A stretch of 62,927 bases of DNA, the filler included, from Stramenopiles sp. TOSAG23-3 (lineage: Eukaryota): assembly GCA_900128585.1 (NCBI GenBank). It is 11 parts of 11 records of this genome, joined end to end, with 100 filler letters (N's around TTAATTAATTAA, not from the genome) between each part and the next. Parts side by side here need not be neighbours in the genome. Positions count along the whole stretch, not along the records: positions 22,969 to 28,601 come from LT643468.1; positions 28,702 to 34,328 come from LT643469.1; 9 more parts are not named here. One strand, written 5' to 3'. Shown in pieces: positions 22,971 through 32,693 of this stretch (position 1 is the stretch's first letter; each line of letters starts with the position of its first letter). The translations under genes and the position numbers were made by a program. The notes beneath the pieces are model-generated. The model saw only the letters and a program-made list of their open reading frames with translations. It did not search any database and had not been told where the DNA came from.

Positions 22971-25900
22971 ATTTCTATCGAAGCCGATGCATTGACCTCT
23001 GGTAATGCTATTGAAGTATCAAACAAAGGTAATGGGCTGACAACGGGGTCATTGTTGAAGTTGTCTACGACGTTGGAAGGGGGAACTAATTTTTCTGGCA
23101 GTATTGCACACATTGAGGCTGATGGTATGACAGAAGGAGTCGGATTTCGTATTGGTTTACAGGGGTTAGAAAAAGGAACTGGGATTGATTTGTCAAATAA
23201 TGTTAATCTGAAGAGTGGAAAATTATTAAATATTGAAACAAAGTCTTCTTATGCACGAAATCCAGTTGCAATATCAGCACAAAAAGTTCGAAATGGCAAT
23301 ATTTTACAAGTGGAGGGAAAAGACCTCATGTCTGGTTCCGTGTTGGTTTTAACGACGCACGAGGGTAGTACAATGAGCAATGAGGCTGCAGCTAGTTCTG
23401 TTAGCTACGTTCATCAAAATGGTGTTCTAAGAGTGATTACTTCTGTTGGGCAGACTATGACTACATTTGATCAAGTAAGACTTTCGAACTGCTCACCAAG
23501 GATGGAGAACGATGGGGAGTATTTAGTCGAAGATATAAAGAGAGACATTGCAACAGTCTTTACGTGCAGCGTTAGATGTGGTGGTCAGAATTTGACGGTC
23601 ACTTCAACTAGTACAACAGCACCGACAAGCGCACCTACTTCTACAACCACCCAAATTGATACAACGTCTACCACAACTATATCTACCACAACATCAACCG
23701 CGTCCATAAAGATGACGACGACAAATGTTTCCTGGACATCTGAATACTGCAAAAGTTCAGACGATTGTCCGAATGGGAATATTACGGTTTCATATACTGA
23801 AAATACACAGTGTGAGAGGAACAGGTCTGTTTTCTGTGATTTCAGCACACACGAATATTTTTATTTACAACATCTAGATGGCTCTGCCATCACAACATTT
23901 GCTACTACAAACATCACAGAGAATTGCCAAATATCACGATCTAGGGGGAGTATTTTGTCCATCCGAGGAAAAGAGCAAAAGGAGGGTGCATTGTTTGAAG
24001 TGACAAATGATGATCTTGTAGGAGGTAAATTAATTAGTGTTGAAACTTCGTCTTCAACAGCCAAAAATCCAATACTATTTAGTGCGAAGAAGATAAGCAA
24101 TGGGGAAATGTTTAAGGTCCAAGGCGATGAAGTTACTTCAGGCACGATAATGACCGTAACAACCAACTTAGGGTCGAAAATGGTTAATGAAGTTAAAGTG
24201 TCTTCTATTGCAGAAGTTATGGTGGATAACACTGTACGACTTCAAACTATTGTTTCTGAAAAACTGCAACTATACGATAAAATTAGCATCAGCGAATGCT
24301 CAACAAATACAAGCGACAATGGAGACTATATGATTGGCATGATTCTCCGAAACATTACTACAATGTACAGCTGTGATGTGTCTTGTAACAATTCTGAAAT
24401 TGCAGTTTCAACAACAACAATAGTGCAATCGAATACGACAACATCGCCAACCAATACAACATCGCCAACCAATACAACAAACGCAACAAATACAACAAAT
24501 GCAACAACCGTCTCAGCCACCACTACTACAACAGGGGCGCCTTCTGCAAGTTATATCTGCGCCCGAGTTAGTGACTGCCCTGCGGGACATGCAACGGCCT
24601 CATATGTAGAACATAGCCAATGTACAGTAGATACCAATACATTTTGTGCATACAACACTCATGCTGATTTATCTTTAACAACATTGAGTGGAGCACCCAT
24701 CAAACCATCTCTAACCAAAGAGCATGGTGAATCAAACACTTGCAAAATATCAAGAACGGGGGGCAAGCTCTTGAGCGTTGAAGGAAATGCACAATCAGAT
24801 GGCACGCTGCTTGATATTAGTGCCGATGCGTTGGGGTCTGGGAAAGCTTTTTCAGTACACTCATCATCAAAGAACACCTCAGCAAGAAGTCTAGTAACAT
24901 TTGATAACGATGGAGCTGAGGCAACCAAAACACAAGTGGTAACAATAACCCAAAAAGCGTCTAAATCTGATGGTAGTGCCGTTCGACCGGCAGCTGCTCT
25001 CGGCATAAATTCAGCTGTTGATGAAGCTTTGTTTGTTCGTGTCAGCTCGGTAAATACCAATGCAGGGGCTACTTTGACTTTGGCGAGAGACCGTGCCGCA
25101 GACCCCACTGAAATTCCTCAAAGTGTGGCGAATGATGATACTGTCGGAAAGATATCGTTTCAAGGCTTTGTGGACGCCAACAATAGGGTTGAAATTGCGT
25201 CAATATCTTCCATTGTGCAACAAGGGGATGGAGCCGAGATTTCAAATACTTCAATCGGGGGGAAAATAGTGTTATCGACTACAGACAAGAATGGTTATAC
25301 CTTAAAACCCCGTATGGCGATTTCTGAAGCAGGTGCAGAAATGGGTGATGCCCATAGTACATTTCAACTCAGTCGGCCAATTGCAGCTGGCGCAGCCACA
25401 AATTTCACATTATCAGGTCAAAATGCGGGTGATGATTCCAGGAACGGTGGCAACGTGGTATTAGAAGTTGGCCTTGGTGGTGCTAACGCTACCGATGGAA
25501 ATCTTATTTTTAGTGGTGCAGCGCAACTCGGCGCGAAAGACCGCCAGATGTTAGCCCTGGAGACTTTTGCTCATGTTCAGGTAAATCCTGGTGTACTAAA
25601 ACTTGCCAGAGAAGGAAAGCATGACATGGTATCTTCGGTGCACATTAAAAGCCCTGAAATTGCAATAAATAATGGTATGATAGAGAAGACAGCCACTTTA
25701 TACATTGATGGTGCATGGAAAGGTAGTCCGGACAAGAACCTTAGCAAAATAGCAGAGGCCGACGCTGTATTGAGCTCCGGAGAAGTTATACTCAATTCCG
25801 AGTATTTGACCTCTTTCGAAAAAGGAGATTATGTTGAGCTTCAAAAGTGCAAAGAATTCATCAATGTTGGCGATTACATTGTTGGTGATTCTTCTCCAGT

Positions 25901-26117
25901 TTTTAAACGTAATGATTGTCGCTCACTTCCGTGCGCAACAACATATGTTTCAAACTGCTCTACTTCCCAAAATATATCTTGTACTGGTAGTTTCTCGGTG
26001 GTGTCGCTACTGTATGCCAGCAGTAAATTGAAGTTTGCGTTGCAACCAGAAAATGCGTCAACATGTCAAATTATCTTGAAACCTAACCCGTATAATCATC
26101 ATTTGAAGGGAATCTAG
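22971..26117 (+). CDS. Giant repeat protein, segment 1 (5'-partial): beta-strand repeats, phage-fibre-like module, Cys-flanked Thr-rich inserts
   Basis: Frame is open from the contig edge. Repeats of I.AD.L..G..; LARDR...VANDDTVGKISFQG..IASISSIV..GGKIVLSTT..RMAISE; Thr tracts with N-x-T/S sequons. Confidence 0.7.
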   Translation: MSIEADALTSGNAIEVSNKGNGLTTGSLLKLSTTLEGGTNFSGSIAHIEADGMTEGVGFRIGLQGLEKGTGIDLSNNVNLKSGKLLNIETKSSYARNPVAISAQKVRNGNILQVEGKDLMSGSVLVLTTHEGSTMSNEAAASSVSYVHQNGVLRVITSVGQTMTTFDQVRLSNCSPRMENDGEYLVEDIKRDIATVFTCSVRCGGQNLTVTSTSTTAPTSAPTSTTTQIDTTSTTTISTTTSTASIKMTTTNVSWTSEYCKSSDDCPNGNITVSYTENTQCERNRSVFCDFSTHEYFYLQHLDGSAITTFATTNITENCQISRSRGSILSIRGKEQKEGALFEVTNDDLVGGKLISVETSSSTAKNPILFSAKKISNGEMFKVQGDEVTSGTIMTVTTNLGSKMVNEVKVSSIAEVMVDNTVRLQTIVSEKLQLYDKISISECSTNTSDNGDYMIGMILRNITTMYSCDVSCNNSEIAVSTTTIVQSNTTTSPTNTTSPTNTTNATNTTNATTVSATTTTTGAPSASYICARVSDCPAGHATASYVEHSQCTVDTNTFCAYNTHADLSLTTLSGAPIKPSLTKEHGESNTCKISRTGGKLLSVEGNAQSDGTLLDISADALGSGKAFSVHSSSKNTSARSLVTFDNDGAEATKTQVVTITQKASKSDGSAVRPAAALGINSAVDEALFVRVSSVNTNAGATLTLARDRAADPTEIPQSVANDDTVGKISFQGFVDANNRVEIASISSIVQQGDGAEISNTSIGGKIVLSTTDKNGYTLKPRMAISEAGAEMGDAHSTFQLSRPIAAGAATNFTLSGQNAGDDSRNGGNVVLEVGLGGANATDGNLIFSGAAQLGAKDRQMLALETFAHVQVNPGVLKLAREGKHDMVSSVHIKSPEIAINNGMIEKTATLYIDGAWKGSPDKNLSKIAEADAVLSSGEVILNSEYLTSFEKGDYVELQKCKEFINVGDYIVGDSSPVFKRNDCRSLPCATTYVSNCSTSQNISCTGSFSVVSLLYASSKLKFALQPENASTCQIILKPNPYNHHLKGI

Positions 26118-26893
26118 TTGTAGGCGGGGGTTTACAAGTGCATGGAAGAGAATTACTTGCTTATGGAAACTCACAGGCTACGGCGGCACCAATTGGTGAA
26201 GATGACAGCGTAATCCAACTTGTGACAAGCCAACAAAACTTGAGTTGTGTTTTGCCCCCAGCAACACCTGGCAGAACTTTAACAATCAGTCGCACACTTG
26301 AATCTGCAAGTGTTGAATTTCAATTATTCCCTGGTTTAGGCAATCAAGTCAATGGTTTGGGTCTGAATGCTCCCGCCAATATACTACAAAATGAGATTCT
26401 TGTTTTCTGTAACGCTATTAGCGACTCGGAATGGGCTTGCGCAACGAGAACTTATTCAGGTGGACTTTCCATCAAATCACTTGATCTGGTCGGACTTGGT
26501 TATTTGAAAGGCGGGCTGCAAGTAGATGAACTCATGAAAGTAAACACTGGAGTAAATATTCAAATTGAATCGATGATTAATGCTAATGCAGGTTTATTGT
26601 CAAAAACAACTAGCACGTTTGAAGGCCTTGCAACAGCTAAAGGTGGCCTTGTCTCTCAAGACAGCGACTTTACCGTTGTAACCAACGCTAATGACGAAAG
26701 TGCAAATACTATCCAGTTCAAAAAGTCAAGGTCCGATACGGACGGGAACCATGCTGTGTTACAAGAAAATGACAAGCTGGGATCGATTAAGTGGTCAGGA
26801 TCAAACGGGTCAAATTTCAACGCTGCTGCTTCCATACGTGCCGAAGTTTCTGAAGCACCTGGAGCAAATGATATGCCAGGGCGGATAGAATGA
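26096..26893 (+). CDS. Giant repeat protein, segment 2 (after frameshift)
   Basis: SSFEGNLVVGGGLQV parallels SKLEGYLQVSGGIQV in segment 3. Also LPPATPG..FPG..VNG..W and FKKSR..DKLGSIKWSGSNG..APGANDMPGRIE. Confidence 0.65.
   Translation, partial: SSFEGNLVVGGGLQVHGRELLAYGNSQATAAPIGEDDSVIQLVTSQQNLSCVLPPATPGRTLTISRTLESASVEFQLFPGLGNQVNGLGLNAPANILQNEILVFCNAISDSEWACATRTYSGGLSIKSLDLVGLGYLKGGLQVDELMKVNTGVNIQIESMINANAGLLSKTTSTFEGLATAKGGLVSQDSDFTVVTNANDESANTIQFKKSRSDTDGNHAVLQENDKLGSIKWSGSNGSNFNAAASIRAEVSEAPGANDMPGRIE
26608..26883 (+). repeat. 276-bp direct repeat, copy 1 (copy 2 at 28326..28601)
   Basis: Three substitutions seen between the copies. Confidence 0.92.
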
Positions 26894-28601
26894 GCATATC
26901 AGAAAAACAAACTTTAATTTCTCTTGCAGATAACAGAACAGGTGGCTATCAGATTCAAAACACAAACGGTTCTTTTCCCATTTTCTCAATCGACACCGAT
27001 TCCAGTTCTGGAGGAAGTGAGTTAATTAAATTAACATCTAAGTCAATAGACTTCAAGGCGACCGAGTTACTAAAAATAAACGCCAAAAAAATGGAAGTGA
27101 GCGGTGAAGGTTTGGATATTGCATCTGCTGCACTAACGCTGGGTGCTCATGCTGATTTTGCATCTGTTCTTATTAATCCCAGTCAAATTAGAACAATGAA
27201 ATCGCAGAATTACACCGTTTATACATGTAACGTAACATGTGATCAATCTGTAACGACGACAACAGCAATAACAACGACGACAACGCAGGCACCCAGTTCT
27301 AACGCGACGGGTAATGCCACGTCTAATTCGACGAATGCTACGTCTAACTTGACGAATGCCACGTCTAACTCGACGAATGCCACCTCTAACTCAACGAATG
27401 TCAACACAACAATCTCTGCATCAACGACGACATCTGCACCAACCACGACTACTGTCGCAAGTAACACGACTACCAATGTGACCAACACTACCAATAGCTC
27501 CTCTTATAACAGTTCCACAACGACTGCTGTTTCAACCACGACAACATCGATCCCTTTGTCAGCCTGTCAAAACTTAGAAGATTGTACGAATGCTGGAGGA
27601 ACTTATCAGACCTCATACGCGACATCATGCACTCCAACGCCAATTGTTTTTTGCGGGGCGTTAATTGTGCATCCACATTCGTTGGTGACATCTCTGACCG
27701 TGAAAAGCCCACCAATTGATATTTCAACAAATGACGGTACCGTCCAGGAAAGTGCCACATTATACGTTGATGGTTCGTTCGATGATACGGATGGGCATTA
27801 CGCCATGTATGTTAAAGGATCCACATCTCTATCGAAACTTGAAGGGTACTTGCAAGTCAGTGGAGGAATCCAAGTGACTGCAACTAATTATGAGGCAAAA
27901 GGCACGAATCAATCCAGCGCGAAAGGAATTCTAAATTATGAAAGCTCAATAACAGTGGAGACTTCTGCGCATGGACAAGGGCTTAAACTTCCAAGTGCCA
28001 GCGCTGGAAAACAAATCACTTTTGTAAGGGCACAAAACACACATAATTACAATATATACCCAGGCACGGATGCTGTTATAAACGGACAGAGCTCCAACAC
28101 ACCTCTGGTTGTTGGTACTGGTGGAGCCGTAGTACTTTGCTTAGCGTCAGGGCCAATACACTGGAGCTGTGTAACACAAAGCAGCTCGGGTGGGAAAATA
28201 TTTACAGCGATTCAGAGCAACGGAAATGCTTCTCTCACTGGGCACGTTACATTAGGGGATAGCGTCGAGGATACGATAATATCCAAAGGTGTTTTAAGAG
28301 TAGACAGCACCTTTACAGCAAAACAAACTAGCACGTTTGAAGGCCTTGCAACAGCTAAAGGTGGCCTTGTCTCTCAAGACAGCGACTTCACCGTTGTAAC
28401 CAACGCTAATGACGAAAGTGCAAATACTATCCAGTTCAAAAAGTCAAGGTCCAATACGGACGGGAACCATGCTGTGTTACAAGAAAATGACAAGCTGGGA
28501 TCGATTAAGTGGTCAGGATCAGACGGGTCAAATTTCAACGCTGCTGCTTCCATACGTGCCGAAGTTTCTGAAGCACCTGGAGCAAATGATATGCCAGGGC
28601 G
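26890..28601 (+). CDS. Giant repeat protein, segment 3 (after second frameshift; 3'-partial)
   Basis: MSISE parallels RMAISE in segment 1. Contains the same module set and runs off the contig end. Confidence 0.65.
28326..28601 (+). repeat. 276-bp direct repeat, copy 2
   Basis: Near-identical to 26608..26883. Confidence 0.92.
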
Positions 28602-28701
28602 NNNNNNNNNNNNNNNNNNNNNNNNNNNNNNNNNNNNNNNNNNNNTTAATTAATTAANNNNNNNNNNNNNNNNNNNNNNNNNNNNNNNNNNNNNNNNNNN
28701 N
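28602..28701. other. Artificial contig linker
   Basis: N44-TTAATTAATTAA-N44. Confidence 0.98.
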
Positions 28702-28702
28702 T

Positions 28703-28766
<64 letters not shown>

Positions 28767-29041
28767 TCGACTCTTTCTTTGTTTGTTTCTTTCTTTCGAC
28801 TCTTTCTTTCTTTCTTGCCCTCGCCCTCCCGATCTCATAAAATATATTCTAGTGAAGATTTATGAACTTTTCGTATTTATCCGGTGAAGAAAGTGAAAAT
28901 TATTATTTCAGAAGAGAAAGAGAATGAAGAAGAAGGAAGAAACAAGAAGAAGAAAGAAGAAGAAAGAAGAAGAAAGAAGAAGAAGAAAGAAAGAAGAAAA
29001 AAAAAAGAAGAAAGAAAAGAAGAAACAAGAACAAGAACAAG

Positions 29042-29073
<32 letters not shown>

Positions 29074-29075
29074 AG
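28702..29075. repeat. (CTTT)n, GAA-rich and (GA)n simple repeats
   Basis: Directly visible in the sequence. Confidence 0.85.
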
Positions 29076-29484
29076 GAGCAAGGAAGCAAAAGGTGGGATT
29101 GATCATCGAAACGCCTGCTGACTGAAGAACTGAAGAATAAATAATAATATGATAGAAGAAGAAGAAGAGAGAAGAAGAAGAGAGAAGAATGAATAATAAT
29201 AATAAAAAATTATTTTATTTATAAAAAAAAGAAGTATTATTATTATTATTATTATATATATTTTAAATTATATATATGTTGTATGAGATAAGTTAAGAAG
29301 AAGAAGGTAAACAACAAACATGAGTGGCGGCAGTAATTTTTTAAATTATTATTATATAAGTATCTAGTGGAATATAGATACAGACGATTGGCATTGCTTT
29401 TTGTTCTTTCCATTTGCTGTTCTTTCGATCGTAATATCGTTGGCTGGACAAGGCGCGCCACAGTCGATTGCATTATATACCCGA

Positions 29485-32400
29485 ATGTCCATTTCTTCCT
29501 CCCCGAGGTCATTGAACACGACGCCGCTCTTGTCGCCGTCGAAATCCATCCGCATTTCGAGGCATGGGAGCGTCACTATATCGGGCGCATCGAATGCGCT
29601 GGAGAAGTCCGTGCAGGAACTAGACAGGGAGTTCGAAAGCAGCCTGAACCGCCTGAGTGTGGCGAGCGATATTGCGTCGCCGCAGAACCGGTTGTCGCGA
29701 TCCTCGTCCCCGGCCAAAGGACCATGCGAACCCGCCCCTTACCGAGTCGAGATCGAAAATGCAAAGAAGCGGGAGAAAATCTTGAAAGCTCGGCTTCGGG
29801 AGTCCCAGGCTGTGCTGAACAATCAACGGATCGAGGCGGACGCCGTCCGCAAGAGCTTCATCCGGGACGAAATCGCGCGGCGCGTGGAACTGGACGCGTC
29901 GACGAAAACATTGGCCCAAACGGCAATGACGCACAAGTTCAACGAAGATGCCGACCGAGAACTGGCGCACCTTGGGCAGCGCCTGGACCGGCGGAGGGAC
30001 GAGGTTCTGCGCCAGACCCGGGCCCAGCTCAACCTGGACTTTACCCGCCGCGTGGAAACGCAACATGTCGACTTTGAGAAATCCTTGGACTCGGAAGTCC
30101 GCTCCATGGCGGCGGACATGACGAGGGCGCACCAGAACCGTCTAAAAGAGCTCGCGGCCGCGTACGTTGTGAAGGAGAGGGCGAAAAAAGACGAACTAGA
30201 AAAGCGGATGGCGTACATTGCTTGTGAGGAGGAAAAGAACATGGTGAAGAAGCTTTCAAACGACCAGGTCAACCTGCTGAGCAAGCTCAAGGCCGAGCTG
30301 AAGAGGGAGCAAGAGATCCGGTTGGAGCACCGCAAACATGAAATCAAAAGGGCGCACTCGGAGGATAGAAAGAGACGCCTGTTAGAAATCGGGCGAGAGA
30401 CGAAAGACGAGCACGACCGGCTGCTCGGGGATCTAAAGCGGCAGCTGGAGTTGGAGGAAGAAACTTGCATTCACCAGCTAGAGAATGAACTAGCCAAAGA
30501 GCACGCGGGCAAGGTCGAGGCGCTGCAAAAAGACATGGAGATGCAACTGAATAAAGCCCGCGCTGCCCGCAGGCACGAAATGGGCGCGGGGTACGACTCC
30601 CAGCGGGAGAGCCTTCGCAACCGGCTGGAAGCCGATTCGCGGAGGGAGCTGGAGCGCATCCGTTCAACGGCCGGCGCCACGTTTGACTCAGAGGCAGAGC
30701 TGTTCGAGCGAGAGTACCGCGCGCGCCTTGCACGGGAGAGGGACGCGGAGGAGGACAAAATAAAGGCCACCCTTCAGCAGCAGTTGAACCACAAGAAAAA
30801 GCACGCCGAGCTGGAGCTAAAGAGGGAGCACCAGCATGACGTCGACACGGCCCGTCGCGCCATCGAGAAGCAAACGGAAAAGGAGCTGGAAACGTTCCGC
30901 ATGGATACGAAGGCAAAGTACGAGTCGTTGCTGTCGGAAAAGCGCACCGAGCTCGAAACGATAAGGGAAGACCGCGTCGATCAAGTCCGGAGGGAGCTAC
31001 GAAAGAAACACGAGAAAGACATGAAAAATTTGCAAGAGCGAATGGCCCTGGAAGAGGAGCGAAAAATTGCCGAGGCCAGGGAGGACGGGCAGAAGGCCAG
31101 CGCCCGTGCAGAGAGCGAAGCCAAGCGCATCGGGCAGAGCGAGACACGCCAAAAGCTGAAGGAGATCGCGGCCCAAAACGAACGAATGATTCAAGAGACA
31201 AAAGACGACACCAAGGCCAAGTACGCCCACGAGCTGTACCAAGAAATGGAGGCCTTAAACATGAAGTACAAGACGGAGATGGAAGAAACGAAACAGAACT
31301 TGGAAACCAACTACGAGAAAGAGAAAAAGAATGCGAAAGAAAGGGCGCGGCTAGAAATGCAGGCAAAGAAAGACAAGATGATCGAAGACTTAGAGAAACA
31401 AGGAAAGGCCGACTTGGACACGATCGTAAGGCGGGAACAACTGGCCTACGGGGCGGAACTCAACACGATGAAAGCCATGAAGCTGGAAGAACAAAGCAGA
31501 AAGGAGGACGCAGCGGTGCAGAAGCACCGGGAGGAGTACAGGATGCAGATGGAAGCAGAAAAGTTGGATATTCAGAACAAGCAGCACGACCAGCTTCAAA
31601 GGGTGTTGAAAACGGTGATCGAAGAACTAAACGTCGAGCACGAGCGGACAGTGAAATCGCTCCAGCTGCAGCACGAAGAAGAAAAATCGCGGCGGAGTGC
31701 GGAGCTTCGAAAACAGATGCGGCAGGAGAACGAGGCACAGTACGACCGGTTCAAAGACGCATCGTTGCGCAAGATCGAGGCAATCTGCCAGCAAGTGCAG
31801 GACGAGTACACGTCGGAAAAGGCCCAAGTACTTCGCAAACTGGACAGGGACATGGAAAGCTCGTGCGAAAAAGCCTTGCTGGCGATGGAAAAGGACCACA
31901 CGACGGAGATCGAATCCCTTCGCTCCAAAAAGATCTTTGAACTCCACTCTAGCATCGAGGCGACAAAGTCCACACTGCTGCAGGAGACCTTGTCCACCCA
32001 AGCGCGCCTTCGCGCAAATTTCGAAAGGGACGTTCGCGCGGCACAAAATATGCTGCGCGAATTGTTCGGCCAGACAGAGGACCGAAAAAGTATAAACGGC
32101 AGAGACGAAGCGAACTGGCTGAACAGCGATAGTTACGTCTCCAAGTTGCAACAGCAGTATGGCGTCTTGCACGAAAAGTATACGAAAATGTCAGAAAAGT
32201 TGGCGGAGATTGGCGTCAAGTACAACCGCGTATGCCGCGAGCTTTCGGACAACACTGAACGAATCAGCGCCGAAGCAAGCGTTAGAAAGGTAATGGGGAA
32301 GCCACGGGATGGTGATTCGAGAGTGGTTGAAAAGCTGATGAGTGCCAACCAAACGCTTGTAGATAAATTGGGAAGCCTTGGGGACAGATATACGAAGTTA

Positions 32401-32565
32401 GAAAACTTGCTCATGGGCAACGGTGAGCGCCCTGCGTCTCCAAACGGGACCAGCAGCGCCAGCGCCAACCGAACCGATATCGCGTTCCTTACCAAGTACT
32501 CGTCTCCTTCAAAATTCTCTCCACGCGCAAAATCGTTCGGTTTCGACTCTCCAACCCAACAGTGA
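29485..32565 (+). CDS. Long E/K/R-rich coiled-coil protein, function unknown
   Basis: About 1026-aa ORF from ATG 29485 with GC-rich codon usage. Continuous charged helical composition between Ser/Pro-rich ends. Confidence 0.8.
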   Translation: MSISSSPRSLNTTPLLSPSKSIRISRHGSVTISGASNALEKSVQELDREFESSLNRLSVASDIASPQNRLSRSSSPAKGPCEPAPYRVEIENAKKREKILKARLRESQAVLNNQRIEADAVRKSFIRDEIARRVELDASTKTLAQTAMTHKFNEDADRELAHLGQRLDRRRDEVLRQTRAQLNLDFTRRVETQHVDFEKSLDSEVRSMAADMTRAHQNRLKELAAAYVVKERAKKDELEKRMAYIACEEEKNMVKKLSNDQVNLLSKLKAELKREQEIRLEHRKHEIKRAHSEDRKRRLLEIGRETKDEHDRLLGDLKRQLELEEETCIHQLENELAKEHAGKVEALQKDMEMQLNKARAARRHEMGAGYDSQRESLRNRLEADSRRELERIRSTAGATFDSEAELFEREYRARLARERDAEEDKIKATLQQQLNHKKKHAELELKREHQHDVDTARRAIEKQTEKELETFRMDTKAKYESLLSEKRTELETIREDRVDQVRRELRKKHEKDMKNLQERMALEEERKIAEAREDGQKASARAESEAKRIGQSETRQKLKEIAAQNERMIQETKDDTKAKYAHELYQEMEALNMKYKTEMEETKQNLETNYEKEKKNAKERARLEMQAKKDKMIEDLEKQGKADLDTIVRREQLAYGAELNTMKAMKLEEQSRKEDAAVQKHREEYRMQMEAEKLDIQNKQHDQLQRVLKTVIEELNVEHERTVKSLQLQHEEEKSRRSAELRKQMRQENEAQYDRFKDASLRKIEAICQQVQDEYTSEKAQVLRKLDRDMESSCEKALLAMEKDHTTEIESLRSKKIFELHSSIEATKSTLLQETLSTQARLRANFERDVRAAQNMLRELFGQTEDRKSINGRDEANWLNSDSYVSKLQQQYGVLHEKYTKMSEKLAEIGVKYNRVCRELSDNTERISAEASVRKVMGKPRDGDSRVVEKLMSANQTLVDKLGSLGDRYTKLENLLMGNGERPASPNGTSSASANRTDIAFLTKYSSPSKFSPRAKSFGFDSPTQQ

Positions 32566-32693
32566 CACTCGGGGACGAAGGGAAACGAACGAAAATATTT
32601 TAGGATAATAATCCTGTATCATAAAATTTATCAACATGATATATGATACTAAATAACGTTCATGATATCATAACTTATGCTACCGTACTACCT

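Noticed and set aside
28650-29121. K/E/R-rich and F/L/S-rich ORFs in simple repeats (also 718-1128, 16896-17180, 22537-22920, 33997-34376)
   Set aside because: These are translations of microsatellites, not genes.
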